DNA of 63,780 nucleotides, filler included, from Craspedostauros australis (Eukaryota): NCBI GenBank assembly GCA_030167865.1. It is 14 parts of 14 records of this genome, joined end to end, with 100 filler letters (N's around TTAATTAATTAA, not from the genome) between each part and the next. Parts side by side here need not be neighbours in the genome. Positions count along the whole stretch, not along the records: positions 20,848 to 28,147 come from JALAGF010006108.1; positions 28,248 to 33,288 come from JALAGF010006109.1; positions 33,389 to 39,764 come from JALAGF010006110.1; 11 more parts are not named here. One strand, 5' to 3'. Made by a program: the position numbers and the translations under genes. This document shows, piece after piece, positions 23,801-36,357 of this stretch. The first letter of the stretch is position 1; each line of letters begins with the position of its first letter. Below the pieces are notes generated by a model. It searched no databases. It saw nothing but the letters and a program-made list of their open reading frames with translations, and was not told the origin of the DNA.

Positions 23801-26800
23801 ATCTCCGAAGCTTATGTGTTTAGTGTAACTAATGTCAATGAAGAGNNNNNNNNNNNNNNNNNNNNNNNNNNNNNNNGTTGCCTTCGGAATGTTCTTCACT
23901 CTTGCGTTCGCGACCGCGCAGTCGCGACATACCGGCATCTCGCCGATAATCTTCCATCCGTATTGAGCGGCTGTTCGCTTCATGGCTTCGAGTGGCGCGT
24001 GGCCGAGCATTCGATGCAGGTTCACCGCACTGATCTCCTTGGATGGATTCTTGACGATGGCTGTGCGAGCCTTGTCGTCGTCCGTTGGCATGATGGGATG
24101 CATCTGCACTCCCGTGATGAATCCGTTGGATGTGGGGAAGACTCGATCGAACACAATCTTCGTTCCGGATCCGTTGATGATGCCCATCAGAATGCCGTTG
24201 TTACCAAGCTGGTAACCGTTGTACAGAGCCTTGTTCGTGGAGAAAAGGTTCACCGCCATTTTTGGTGTGTACTTCACATCATCGAGCCGGATGATATGGC
24301 CAGTGTTGTCTCGTTGCTTGACCTTCAAGCAAATGGATCCCATTTTGGGAGAGTCCAGCTTCGTGCTATCTCCCACTTGGACGAAGGACTTGATGTGTCG
24401 CACGTTGAAGAGAGCGGTGTCCGAATTGACGATGTGACACGAAGCTCCACTGTTGGTGAGCCAGGTGTCTTTGTTGACCTTGTCCTTGTATTTTGTGCTG
24501 AGTTTGTGGAGCTGCTCCACGGCTGCTGCAGCTATCTCATCGTTGAAGCTGCCGTCATTGTCATCTTCATGAACTCCATCTTCGTTGTATGGATTATGAT
24601 GGTCCTCGTCATCCATGTTGTCAGGTAGTTGTGCGTAGTCAGATGGAATGGTGTTGTTCCAATGTGATCCTGTGGCTGGATCGTATGGGTTGACGCGTGG
24701 TCGTTCGCGTAAGAGCACACGCATGCACCCTCCAAGGATGTAGTGTAGATCCGTCTCTGGGATCGTCTCTGTGTCATTCGCTTCCAGTATGCGGTTGATG
24801 ACGACCGAATTGGCGAGAATCTCTTCGATGGATCTGAAGTTCTTGGATAGGATGGATCCCATCATGTTCACCCATATCGGTCTGAGCACTCCTTGTGCGA
24901 CTCCTGGGAATAGTTTCACTCCTGCTTCCATTACGGCGTCAAAGATGAGTTGCTTCTGGATTATCAATGCTGTCGCTGTTCCGTATGGAATGGTATCATG
25001 ACGAAGGAGGTAGTTTGAGTTGTTGGGATTCCCAATCGGTGGGAAGTCGATGTCTCTTGGATAGACGACACGCTCGTTTGGATTGAAGCTGTCGTCCGGA
25101 TGATTCTCGGTCTCGTCGCTGTCATCTTCATCAAAGATGCCCGATTTGTTGTTCCCCGCCGCTGGAGGAGGCGGCGCCGCGCCGCCGTTCGTTTCGTCTT
25201 GGCCTCTATCATTGTCGTTGATCTCGTTGTCGGCCTCTTCGCTCATGGCCTCTTCGATGTCGCTATCGTTGGCCTCATTGCCCATCTCAGCTTCGTCGCC
25301 GTATGGACCGATCAGGTCGTGCGCGTTGAAGCAGCATTCGCAGCTCACTTTGCGTCTTGGATCCACCTCGTGGATGATTGGCTCCTCGCTGAGCCACTCC
25401 GGGACAATCTCATCGTCCTGTACTTCGTCGTCACTCCCGACGTACTCGAAGTTATCGAAGAAGGAGTCTTCGATGTAGTCGTCGGACACCAACATGCAGA
25501 GCGGCATGTCCTTTGCCGAGAGCACCATCTCGTGCCCGCTCTTGTCGTGTCCTTCCGTTGCCGTGTTGACCTGTTCGTTGGCCTTCTTGTTCTCATTGAA
25601 CTTCTTCTTTCGGCACTCCGCCTCGCGATGTCCGAAGATGCCACAGTAGTTGCATTTGCCGTTGAAGCCGCTTCCTTTGTTGCGGTTGTTGTTGCGCTTT
25701 CCGTTCATCTTGTTGTTGTTTTTCTTGTTGTTCGATTTCTTGCGTTCTGGGCAATCGGCGGATCTATGGCCATACACACCACAGTTGTGACAAGTACCCT
25801 TGAAGTTACCAGTGCTCGTGAAGCCGGTGTCGTTGCTCTTTGTGTTGCTGTCTTGGAAGTCGTCGATGTACGCCTTGCCTCCTTGATGAGTGGCGTATGC
25901 AGTGCGGAGTACTCCTCTGATTGCGTTGATGGTAACCAGTTCCGGATTGAACGTGAGTTGGTGTTGGAAGTTCACGATGTGGGTTCTGTATTCCACGCTC
26001 ACCGTACTGAGGATCTGCATGATCATCTCTTCATCTGTGATCGTGTATTTGACATCGTAGAGACACGATCGTAGACCCTCGAGTCGTGTGATGTAGATGT
26101 CGGGGTCCAAGTCTCTCTTCATCTTTTCGTTGTTGAACTGACGCTTGAGTTTGATCTTCGTTGCTGCGTCGGATAGACGGAACTTCTCCGCGAGAACGTT
26201 CCACGCTGCGTGTGGATCTCCTTCGGGGTAGTTGTCGGAGACGCATTGGTTGATGTACTGGATGGCCTGCTTGCCTTTTCCTTTCTCTGCATCCATCATG
26301 AGAATCAGATCGCTGAAGCAGTCGCATCCCAGCTCGTAGATCTCTTCCATCGCTTCCTTGGCATCGTCGGCGGCTGCCGCGATCTCACTCACTGTTGGGA
26401 CCTTGGTCTTGCCCAACATCACGTCTCTCGTCTTCTGTGCACGAGCGTATGCCTTTGCTTGGGACTCCCATGCGCTGTAGTCTTCCTGTTCACCGCTGAA
26501 CATTGGCGCCTTGATGCGTCACTTGTTCATGTTGGCTGATGTCGCCATGTTGATTCGTTGTTTCGTTGTTGGCGCGCTCGCGCCCTTGATTTCCGTCTGT
26601 TTCTGTGTTAGCGATTCTTCGTTTTTCGCTCGTAGTTGCGCGGAGATTGTTTTCGTCACAAATTCTCCTCCTCGTGGTGTCTCACTTTTCCCACCCTGTT
26701 TGGCTGTGCGAATGCTCTTCGTCACACCAGTCTCCTCTTGTTTGATCGCCTTGAGAATGCTCTTCTCCTCACAATGTAGTCTTGCAGACCGTTCTTCTTT

Positions 26801-26953
26801 GGTCTCGTCGATTGCGCTTGCGTCTGCGCTTGATAGGACAGTAGCCGCGGCTGCTTCCTTCTCTTGTCGTGGTCGAGTCTCACTTGCACCTTCTTGTCTC
26901 TTGATAGTCGGGTTGGACAGAGGGATGTCTCTCAATTCCTCTTCCTCGCTCAT
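20848..26953 (-). pseudogene. Family A gag-pol polyprotein, single frame with two premature stops
   Basis: ORFs 26519-26953, 23165-26503 and 21383-22558 share one frame, split by TGA (26519-26521) and TAG (23165-23167). Two CCHC knuckles, PR WLTNSGASCH (D>N), IN FIDIS/QQNGRVER, RT AIYVDD, RNase H FCNSEYAGD/SSSKAEY. Confidence 0.9.
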
Positions 26954-27023
26954 TCAGCCTGTTGCTCTTGAATGATGTTCGTCTTCCTCGCACGATCCGA
27001 TCCGCGGGCTCGCCCTGATCTAT

Positions 27024-27035
27024 CGTTTATAAACG
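27024..27035 (-). promoter_or_regulatory. Palindrome CGTTTATAAACG at the primer-binding-site position of family A
   Basis: Follows the LTR end CCAACA with no spacer; no TGG-type tRNA PBS. Confidence 0.8.
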
Positions 27036-27464
27036 TGTTGGCAAGTTCCGCTCACGGTAACCTGCGATCGTGGAAGATGGTGTTGGTTGATAGTCGTTCG
27101 TTTGCTATTTCATTAGTTGGTTACTCCGATACTCTCGGTGTACGCCCGTTCTTCTTGCCCGATGCTCTCGGCGCTTCAATCTGTTTTGTAGATTCAGTCT
27201 CCGACTATGAGTCGGTACGCGAGATGCTCTCTCGCTCTTCTCTCTTTACTCTCTCTCTCTCTCTCAATATCGTGTGCTCGTGCTATACAATACTCCGTGT
27301 TCGATGCGTGCTCCGCATTTGACACTCCGTTCGTTTAGTACTGGTTCCTACTCCATGAGTACTTACCATTTGAAGTCCATCTTCAGTATCCATGATCTTC
27401 ATGGGTCATCGGATCTTTGCCTCCTGCTCTGACTTGGAGACAGATGTCGACGTGGTGACATGAT
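27036..27464 (-). repeat. Partial 5' LTR of family A (start not resolved, probably in or near the gap)
   Basis: 3' end (...GCGGAACTTGCCAACA) resembles the family B LTR end (...GCGGAGCCTTCCAACA). Confidence 0.6.
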
Positions 27465-28249
27465 NNNNNNNNNNNNNNNNNNNNNNNNNNNNNNNNNNNN
27501 NNNNNNNNNNNNNNNNNNNNNNNNNNNNNNNNNNNNNNNNNNNNNNNNNNNNNNNNNNNAAGTACCTCAAGATTCTCTTGGTACCATTGATGGATGGACG
27601 GACGATATTCCAATTCTCTCAGAAATCGTCATTTGCAAATTTCGTCCAGAAATCTTGCCCCTTTTCATGTGTTCCATTTCCGCTGTAATTCTGACGAATC
27701 AAAGTATACTATCGACACGAATGTGGTTATACCGTCCAAGTGCGTATGAGAGCATAGCGGGTGAACGATGCACATATACTCATACATCTCGACATATACT
27801 CACATGTACATCTCGACATTCTCACGATATTGGAAGAGCAAAACCTTGAATTCGACTTGTTGGCTGTGCTGTCGGCTGTCTGCTGCCTGCTATGTGCTGC
27901 TGTGTGATGATTCCCAAACTTGTTGTTGCAGGAGTGTGAGAATTGGAGCGTAAGCGAAAAGAGACATCGAGTCAAACAAGTCAAAGATATCACGATTAGC
28001 ACAGGAGGTACGAGAGTACAGGAAACAGAGGATGACCAGTGAGGACAGGTCAGCCACTGACATCAACAGCAACAAAAACAAACACAGGGGCGGCATCGAC
28101 GCTCATGATCCCAATTGGATCACACCATCATCATCATCATCATCATCNNNNNNNNNNNNNNNNNNNNNNNNNNNNNNNNNNNNNNNNNNNNTTAATTAAT
28201 TAANNNNNNNNNNNNNNNNNNNNNNNNNNNNNNNNNNNNNNNNNNNNCC

Positions 28250-29676
28250 ATGTTGAATGTGAACGGTGTTGAAGGTATTCCGTCTGCTGCGGGCAGCTGT
28301 GATGGATACGGTATAAACATTGCAACAAACCAACACCGCAAACGCCCTACAGCCTCACATGACTATTTTCTAACTGCTTTCTACTCCTTTCTGTTTTCAT
28401 TTCCATTTTCGCATAAATTGCCACTACTTACACTTGCGCTCATACTTACATGGACACATCATGGACCTGCACATCAATGCCATCCACAGAGGTAATCAAT
28501 CTGAGTTACAATGCGTTCAGCGAGGCTGCAACTATCCCATCAGAAGTCGGTGGGTTGGAATCATTGCAAAGCTTCACCGTGATGTCGTCCAACATCGGCG
28601 GCAACATACCAGCAGAGCTTGGACTGCTAAACAAACTCCAAGTCTTCAAGATGAAAGACAACAAGATCAGGGGCAATATACCCTCACACATCGGCAACAT
28701 GACCAGTCTGGAGAAGTTACATCTCAACTCTAACAACCTGTCGGGGCCCATCCCAGAAGAGATCAGCCAACTTGTCAACCTCAAGGAATTGGAAGTCAAC
28801 AACAATCGCATCACGGACTGGCCAGAATCACTATTTGAGAACCTCACAAAGCTCCGCTCCTTGCAAGTGCGACACAATCTGATCCAGAGTACCATCCCGC
28901 CATCCATCGGCAATCTCATTGACTTGCAGGGGTTCCATTTCAAAGGCAATGAAATGTCGGGCTGATTGCCATCTGGAATTGGGCTACTTCGATCGTTGAA
29001 AAGAATGTATGGAGGATCAACCGGGCTGAGTGGCCCACTCCCATCCGAGATCGGCAACCTCCCGAAGCTCGAATGGTTGATGTTACCCCACACCTTGCTG
29101 ACAGGCACCATTCCGCCCGAGATCGGCAATTTGCCTGCCATTGTCCGCATCAACATTGGAAATAAGTTGCAGAACGATTCATCCAATACCACTTCACGAC
29201 TCGGGGGTACTTTGCCAACCGAGCTGGGCCAGCTGAGCGCCCTTGAGCGGTTATTCATCTCTGGCTCGCAGAGTATCAATGGTACCATACCCACGGAGTA
29301 TGGAAACTTGATTACCATGACCCACTTTTAGGTGCGGGACAACCGTCTGAGTGGAGCCCTCCCCAGCGAGCTTGGGCTCCTCACCAACATTCAACATCTC
29401 AGTCTGGAAGGCAATGAATTTTCCGGATCGATCATCCCCGAGCTTGGCAATCTGACGAAGATCGCCACGTTGTATGTGGAATTGAACGATCTGACGGGGA
29501 GCATCCCTGCATCGATCTGTGCATCTGCGTTCCTGGAAGAGGCTGATGCGGATTGCGACAAGGTGGTGTGCACATGTTGCAATGGTCCCGTTTGCTGTGG
29601 GGCGATTGAGGACAAGACGAGTATCTTCGAAGAGGCGAACTGTCCTGTTGAAGCAGATGGAGGGCAGGGCACGTAA
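28250..29676 (+). pseudogene. Plant-type leucine-rich-repeat protein (LxxLxLxxNxLxGxIPxEIG), 3' part, with two in-frame stops
   Basis: Three ORFs in one frame, split by TGA 28963-28965 and TAG 29329-29331. Phase-consistent GT-AG intron 28311-28489. C-terminal ADC...VCTCC cap. Confidence 0.85.
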
Positions 29677-31215
29677 AGCAGAGTGATGTCTTTGGCTGCA
29701 GATTACTCAATTCCCATTGCTACAATGTACTGCGGTTCCCGGCATTGCACGAATGCGGCAGAGGATGGTACCATACACAGCATACTAGTGATGCGTACTT
29801 GTGCATTGATGTTTTTTCATGTGGACAGAATACCCCAGCGTCTGAAAGTGTAGCGCAGGAATGGGTCGGAGTCGCATTGCCCGAAGTGCTTCATGGTTAC
29901 GCTGAGGGTATGGTGGCCGCTTTGCAAATGGAAGCAAACATCGCGGGACACTGGTCTCTTCCATCGTTGGAGCAAGCCGAAACCTTGCGAAACGAAGCTG
30001 CCAAAAAGGAGTTGCGGCTCGTGCTGAACGTGACATTCTTCCCGGATTTCGCAATTCCCGCTTTCCCGCTTCCCTACCTCCGTGGAATCACTTCTCTTCC
30101 CGCTTGTTGCTTCGTCAGTGTGCCTAATCATACTCGTATGAGTACGAGCACGAATAGGCGTTATGAAATGATGTGAAGCTGACGAACTATCCAAACGCGA
30201 CGTTATTACTCCCACAAGACACGACCTGAACCCGCGTAATCAAGCACCCCATAATTCGTATTTTATTATTCTATATCCATGGCTCATATAATGCTTATGA
30301 TGAATGGTACTGGTCTCCTCAGCTGGTGGCATCGGTGAGATCACTATTCGTCGGTACCTGACAATGCTGACGACCTCTGCAGAGCCGTCAGGGCCACTGG
30401 TACCAAAGATCCCTCCTGCAACAACCTTTGCAACTTTCGCACGAGTACTATGCGAGCCGCGGCATGACTATGGTACGGTTGTGCCATGAGGCGGTCGTGC
30501 GATTTCGGTTGCTGTCGTTTTGGGTCCTGCATTTTGTGGAGGAAAACAAGTCATCGATGGAACAACCACGAGTCGGCGAGAATCTTAGCCATCACACTTA
30601 ACGAAGTCAATACCGTGAAAAACCGTCTTTGATATCAACTGGCATCGTGCGTCTGGCTTTCCATATGACTTATGAATTGGCTGTGTTCTAAGGATTGTGT
30701 TAATGTCATTCAGGCATTGTGACTTGATCGGCGTGACCAGCCACTATGTAAATGAGGACTGGTGCCTATGTGCGCGTCGTTGTGAGAATCGCCCAACGCG
30801 TGTCAAGCTGTGGCGACAAGGGTGATACTGGTGAGTACAAGTACCAAACGAGTTCGGCACAACCTCCACAACCACGACGCGACCGCTTGAGATGTCACCG
30901 CCAAGAAGGAAAACGGAACTGAAGCGAATCATTTGTTTTGTTGTTACCAGTATTGTCTTGGGTGCATGCTTCCATGATGGTGATACAAGTACGTAGCGTC
31001 TGGCGCTTGTGAAAGGCACAAGTACCCTGATGGCTGTGTCTTTGTCCTCGAGCTTGTGGTTGCGGCTCTGTTGATTGATGTAAATTCATTCAGAGTCGTC
31101 AGCTCACCATCTCATCATCTCACAATTTCGATCTCGATCAACATCCAAACCACATCCACAAGCACAACCACAACAAACACGAAATCAACAAACCAAGAAA
31201 CCAAACTACACAACC

Positions 31216-33288
31216 ATGAAGCTCTCCTCAGCCCTTGCCATCCTCATCGCTGTTGCCGCAACAACGTCCATCGCCGATGCGTCTTCCGTCACGTCCTCTG
31301 GCAACCCCGACAATGGCAAGAACGGGGACAACGATGGCCATGCCCACGGTCAGCGCCGCGCCCTCAGACGTGGTGGGGACGCACCCAAGGCCGGTCATCA
31401 CCGCGAGATGGCCAAGGTGCATACCAAGCGCACTAACCCCAACCATTCCAGCCATCCAGAGCACAACCCCAAACCAAAGACGAAGACCAAGACCACTGAC
31501 GGTGAACGACAGGCCAGCGCCAGGAGACACGGGCACGGCGGCAAGCCAAACCACAAGAAGCGCGGTGGCTCCATCTCCACCAACAACTACGAGACCCACA
31601 TCGTAGGCGGCGCCGAGGCAACACAAGGAGAGTACCCCGAGTTCGTCCATTGGGCTATCGGGTGCGGCGGGTCGCTCATCACCCGTGACATCGTCCTGAC
31701 TGCCGCTCATTGCGACTCACCAGACACAATCGGGATGGACGCCATCATTGGCGCCTACAATGAGTTCGCATGGGACAGCCCAACCGGTCCCGACGCCCGA
31801 CAGATCGACGACAAGAAAGTCCATCCGGACTACGCCGTCACTCAGATCAACGACATCATGTTGTTCCGCCTGTCCCAACCCGCACCGGCCAACACACCAG
31901 TGATGAAGATCAATGACAAGTTTGGTGTTCCGGGAACTGATGGATCTGGCAATCCGCAGACTATGACAGTGATTGGGTTTGGAGACACATCGGATGGTGG
32001 TAGCCCATCGGACATCTTGATGGAGCTGGACATTCAGCAGGTCGATACTACATGGTGTAACGCGGCGGATAGGTACAACGGACAAGTTTCGAACTCAGCG
32101 GAGTTCTGTGCCGGTTACCTACAGGACGGCGCCCATCAAGGCGGCAAGGACTCCTGCCAGGGCGATTCCGGCGGTCCAGTCTTCGTGACTGACGGCGGTG
32201 AGCGTGTCCAGGTCGGCGTTGTGTCTTGGGGTATTGGCTGTGCCGATCAGCGATACCCTGGAGTGTACGCTCGTGTGAGCAACACGTACGATTGGATCAA
32301 GGTACGGATGAATGCCTGTGTGTGATCATGTGATCGTGTATTCCATGTGTACACTGCGATTCTGGTGATCGGCAACTCACTTCGACCGTCTCTATTGTTC
32401 GTTGTCTTTCCTTTCCTTTCTGGCTTGCTTGGGGGTGATACCACGACGCAACTTATCATGTGGCTTCGTCGGCATTCATTCATCTATCCATCCATTCATC
32501 TACCTGCCCCATTGACACATTCCCTGATGATGACGTCCTGAAACACAGAGCAATGCCTGTTCCATGACAAACGTCCCATCTGTGCTGTGCGGAACCGAAG
32601 AGGAAGGTACCGGAGGTGGAACTGGCGGCGGCACTGGCGGCGGCACTGGCGGCGGCACCGGAGGAGGAACCGGCGGAGGAACTGGCGGAGGCACAGGCGC
32701 GTGCGGCTCCAACGAGCTCAAGATGGAGTTCATGTTCACCACTGATCAGTATGGGTAAGTTTGCATTATGCCAGCGTCGGTGCTGTTTCACGCATCAAGC
32801 CTTGGTTGATGTTGCTATGTGCAACAGCTTCACCCTTCGATGTTGATGCCCATCTCGATCTCGATCTCGCTGGCACAGAGAGTTGTACTGGCGGCTATTG
32901 TATTGGAGTCGCTGTCACATCGACTGACTCCATCATCTTCCCATTACACCATGTGCTCTTCCCCATTCATTGAACCAACCAACCATTCAACCTCGAAATA
33001 ACAGAGACGAGACCGGCTGGCAGCTGTCCAATGATGCCGGTGTCATTGAGGAAGTCACGGCTGGTGCTTACCCCAACAACTCCCCACAAGTCATCAACCG
33101 ATGCCTTCTCAACGACAAGTGCTACAACCTTCGCATCACCGACGAATGGGGTGATGGCATGAGTGAAACCGGTGGCCAGTACACTGTCAAGGCCGATGAC
33201 AAGTTGATCAAGACCGAGACGGAGCCCAACTTTGGAACTGCCATCGATATCCAATTCTGCGGATCTAACGCCGGCACCGGTGGTGGCG
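31216..33288 (+). CDS. Secreted trypsin-like S1 serine protease with a Gly/Thr linker and C-terminal accessory domain; 3 exons, 3' end missing
   Basis: Signal peptide MKLSSALAILIAVAA; IVGG activation site; catalytic triad in LTAAHC, NDIML and GDSGGP; S1 Asp in KDSC. Phase-consistent introns 32302-32548 and 32755-33004 give YDWIK|SNACS and TDQYG|DETGWQL. Confidence 0.92.
32606..32698 (+). repeat. 12-bp coding repeat, (GGGT)n peptide linker
   Basis: GTGGGTGGGT... about 7 units in trypsin exon 2. Confidence 0.85.
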
Positions 33289-36200
33289 NNNNNNNNNNNN
33301 NNNNNNNNNNNNNNNNNNNNNNNNNNNNNNNNTTAATTAATTAANNNNNNNNNNNNNNNNNNNNNNNNNNNNNNNNNNNNNNNNNNNNCTCCGCTACCAT
33401 CAATGCCCACACATAATGACCATCAGCAAGGAACAAATTATGTGACGAACATGTTTGTTCGGCACTACAACGCGGTGCGCTTGTTTTGCCTGTTACGTGT
33501 GATTTGGTGCGTGTTAGCAACAAGACCTGTTCAGACGCCCTTTCTCATGTGGTCGTGTAATCATGCAATCTCACATCGGCAATGTCGAAGCCACAGGGAA
33601 TCTACGAACATGTAGTGTGCCTGTGAATCGGTGACTTCCGCGAACTGTTGCNACCACAGCCAGCTATTATACGCGACAAAAGGGGTATCGGGATAGAGAG
33701 GAACCTGCTGTGCTTCGTGTATCTTGTGATTTGGAATACAATTCATCACCAGGCGATCGCATGCAGCAAGGGTATTGCATGTTTGTCACAACACCCTTTC
33801 TCCATTGTATGTAGTATGGAGAGTCTGGTATCTCGTCCGCGCGGCAACAAAGAGAAAACGTGCAGAGAATATCCGTGACAANNNNNNNNNNNNNNNNNNN
33901 NNNNNNNNNNNNNNNNNNNNNNNNNNNNNNNNNNNNNNNNNNNNNNNNNNNNNNNNNNNNNNNNNNNNNNNNNNNNNNNNNNNNNNNNNNNNNNNNNNNN
34001 NNNNNNNNNNNNNNNNNNNNNNNNNNNNNNNNNNNNNNNNNNNNNNNNNNNNNNNNNNNNNNNNNNNNNNNNNNNNNNNNNNNNNNNNNNNNNNNNNNNN
34101 NNNNGAATCGCATAGGTGTCTCGATTACTTGTTTCCGACGAATAGCCAACCTTAAAGCAGGCATCTCACAATGACTGGCGTGCTTGTTGTTCCATTCAAC
34201 GATGTCAATTGTTGGAAGAAGTGTGAATGTAGCAACGAGAAGGAGGCCATTGATGCTCTTTGCCATCAAGTATACTCTACAATAATCAGTTCAGGTGATT
34301 TTATGGTGGAGGAACATGCGATGGAAGTATGATCTTAACTTGGAACAGTGCAACCGAGTGTGTGCCTAAGTACGATGTNNNNNNNNNNNNNNNNNNNNNN
34401 NNNNNNNNNNNNNNNNNNNNNNNNNNNNNNNNNNNACTTTGGGTAGACTTTGGTCGTCTGTCGTGCATACGTCGGATTTTTGTGCGCACCGAAGTCTGCG
34501 GTGCGATTTCCAACAATACCGCAACCTCCTTGGTCTTCTCTTTGTGTTTGGCTCCCCTTGATCGCATCCCTGATTCCGATTTGGATCCTTCTCTTGATCG
34601 CACCCCTGGTTCTGGTTCGCATCCACCGGTTCCTATCCATTGCGAAAATGTACGTGGACAACAAGAAGAAAGAAGGAGGGACAACAGAGTTCTGTTGCGT
34701 GACATCGCTGAAAACGAGAATCTTCGACTGCTATGAGTAAAACCATCGAAGAAGATCAACGTCTGTTTGGACATCTGTTGAAGCACAACGAATGCGAGAG
34801 ATCATTGACCGTGGCACACAACTGATTCGAAATGGTCGTTGCGTGTTGCCATTGGCCCAAAAGGTCATAGGCGCCTCTGTACATTCTGGGTGTGAGCTAG
34901 GATTCGGGCGTAGTTGGCGCGAATCGGTGGAGGATGCCTTGTGAATCTGCCGGCTTCGGGATAGCCGTGTGATGCAGTTCAAGAGAGGTGTACTGATTGA
35001 ATAGATGTTACTGTAACAATGAGTAGAAGAGTGCTTTGTAGCTAATCCTTGTCTGTTTATTATGTGTTAGCTTATATTGTTGGTAGGGTGAAGAAACGAT
35101 GCCACACAACTTGGTGAGACCCTGCACTGATGTAGTTGGTTCAGTGCTTGAGGGTAGGCAATCATTACAGTTCCTTGCTCTCCACACACATAGACACACT
35201 GCAGTGTAGGTCATGACACCTGATAGTGATGGTCATGAAGCTGTGGCTGTGGTTGGAGCTGATTCTTGGATTCCATTGCTCAAGTTGAAGCAGATTGGAT
35301 ACACGCGTCAAAACCACAGCAATGGTGCAGTAGTCATTAGCGTGGAGGGAATCGAGGTGTATTGTAGTAAAAGGATCTGAGGAGCATATAGTTCCCAAGG
35401 TGAGGTGTGAGTCAGGTCGGTCATGATCGAGTCATGATGTACTCGTGAATGGAAGTTAGTATTCCGTGTCTTTTGCACGTTGTCAGGAGGATGGTTTGTC
35501 CTTCAACCGGTTTTGACGCCGTTTGATGTTGAGAACAAAGCTGTATCAGACGATGATGTAACTGTAGTAGACTTGGAAGTAAGCTGTGAAGATTGTTTCT
35601 GATTGCTTGTTTTATGTGTTAAGCTTACTATTGATAGGACGATCGAGTAAAAAGGTGGGGTTCGTGCTGTCGTACTTCAGCCGTTCTTTGTTGCGCAGCA
35701 GCATGCCGTGGTGATCCTGCACACATACAGTCTTCCAGTATCATCACTCGTAGAGCAGCAGCTGATCCATTCACATGGATATGCTTCAAGATGGGTGCTT
35801 GTTCGGCAGGGTGACGAGCTGGACAGGTGGCAGGGGTGCATGAGCTGGAGGGCGAGCAACGCATGGATTGCAGTTCAACTACNNNNNNNNNNNNNNNNNN
35901 NNNNNNNNNNNNNNNNNNNNNNNNNNNNNNNNGTGACGAGCTGGACAGGTGGCAGGGGTGCATGAGCTGGAGGGCGAGCAACGCATGGATTGCAGTTCAA
36001 CTACACATCGTGTGTGCGGTAGCCTTTCACCACAGTATCGGTCTTGGGTACCGAATACCGTGTACGCGGAATGGACAGTCAAGTCCCGAGTCAGTCCCAG
36101 AGCTAGTCTGTCCCAACTCTCCCTCTCGGCGTAGTGCGAAGCATGTCCCCGGTGTAAAAACCTCCATCGTTCGATCAACAGTTCACAATTTGNNNNNNNN

Positions 36201-36357
36201 NNNNNNNNNNNNNNNNNNNNNNNNNNNNNNNNNNNNNNNNNNNNNNNNNNNNNNNNNNNNNNNNNNNNNNNNNNNNNNNNNNNNNNNNNNNNNNNNNNNN
36301 NNNNNNNNNNNNNNNNNNNNNNNNNNNNNNNNNNNNNNNNNNNNNNNNNNNNNNNNN

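Larger units (their letters stand above)
20848..27464 (-). mobile_element. Ty1/copia LTR retrotransposon (family A), near-complete internal region plus partial 5' LTR
   Basis: Gag-PR-IN-RT-RNase H order; LTR end CCAACA at 27036-27041. Confidence 0.93.

Noticed and set aside
26519..26521. Programmed stop read-through or an alternative genetic code explaining in-frame TGA/TAG
   Set aside because: Sister elements are open at these positions (CGA or TGG where directly comparable), and intact genes use the same codons as terminators.
18507..27464. Convergent inverted pair of family A copia elements
   Set aside because: The two copies are on different scaffolds joined by a linker.
34990..36116. 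3' LTR of copia family D (two similar TATGTGTTA(A)GCTTA tracts)
   Set aside because: Plausible downstream of the candidate PPT, but no second LTR or clear termini are available to fix the boundaries.
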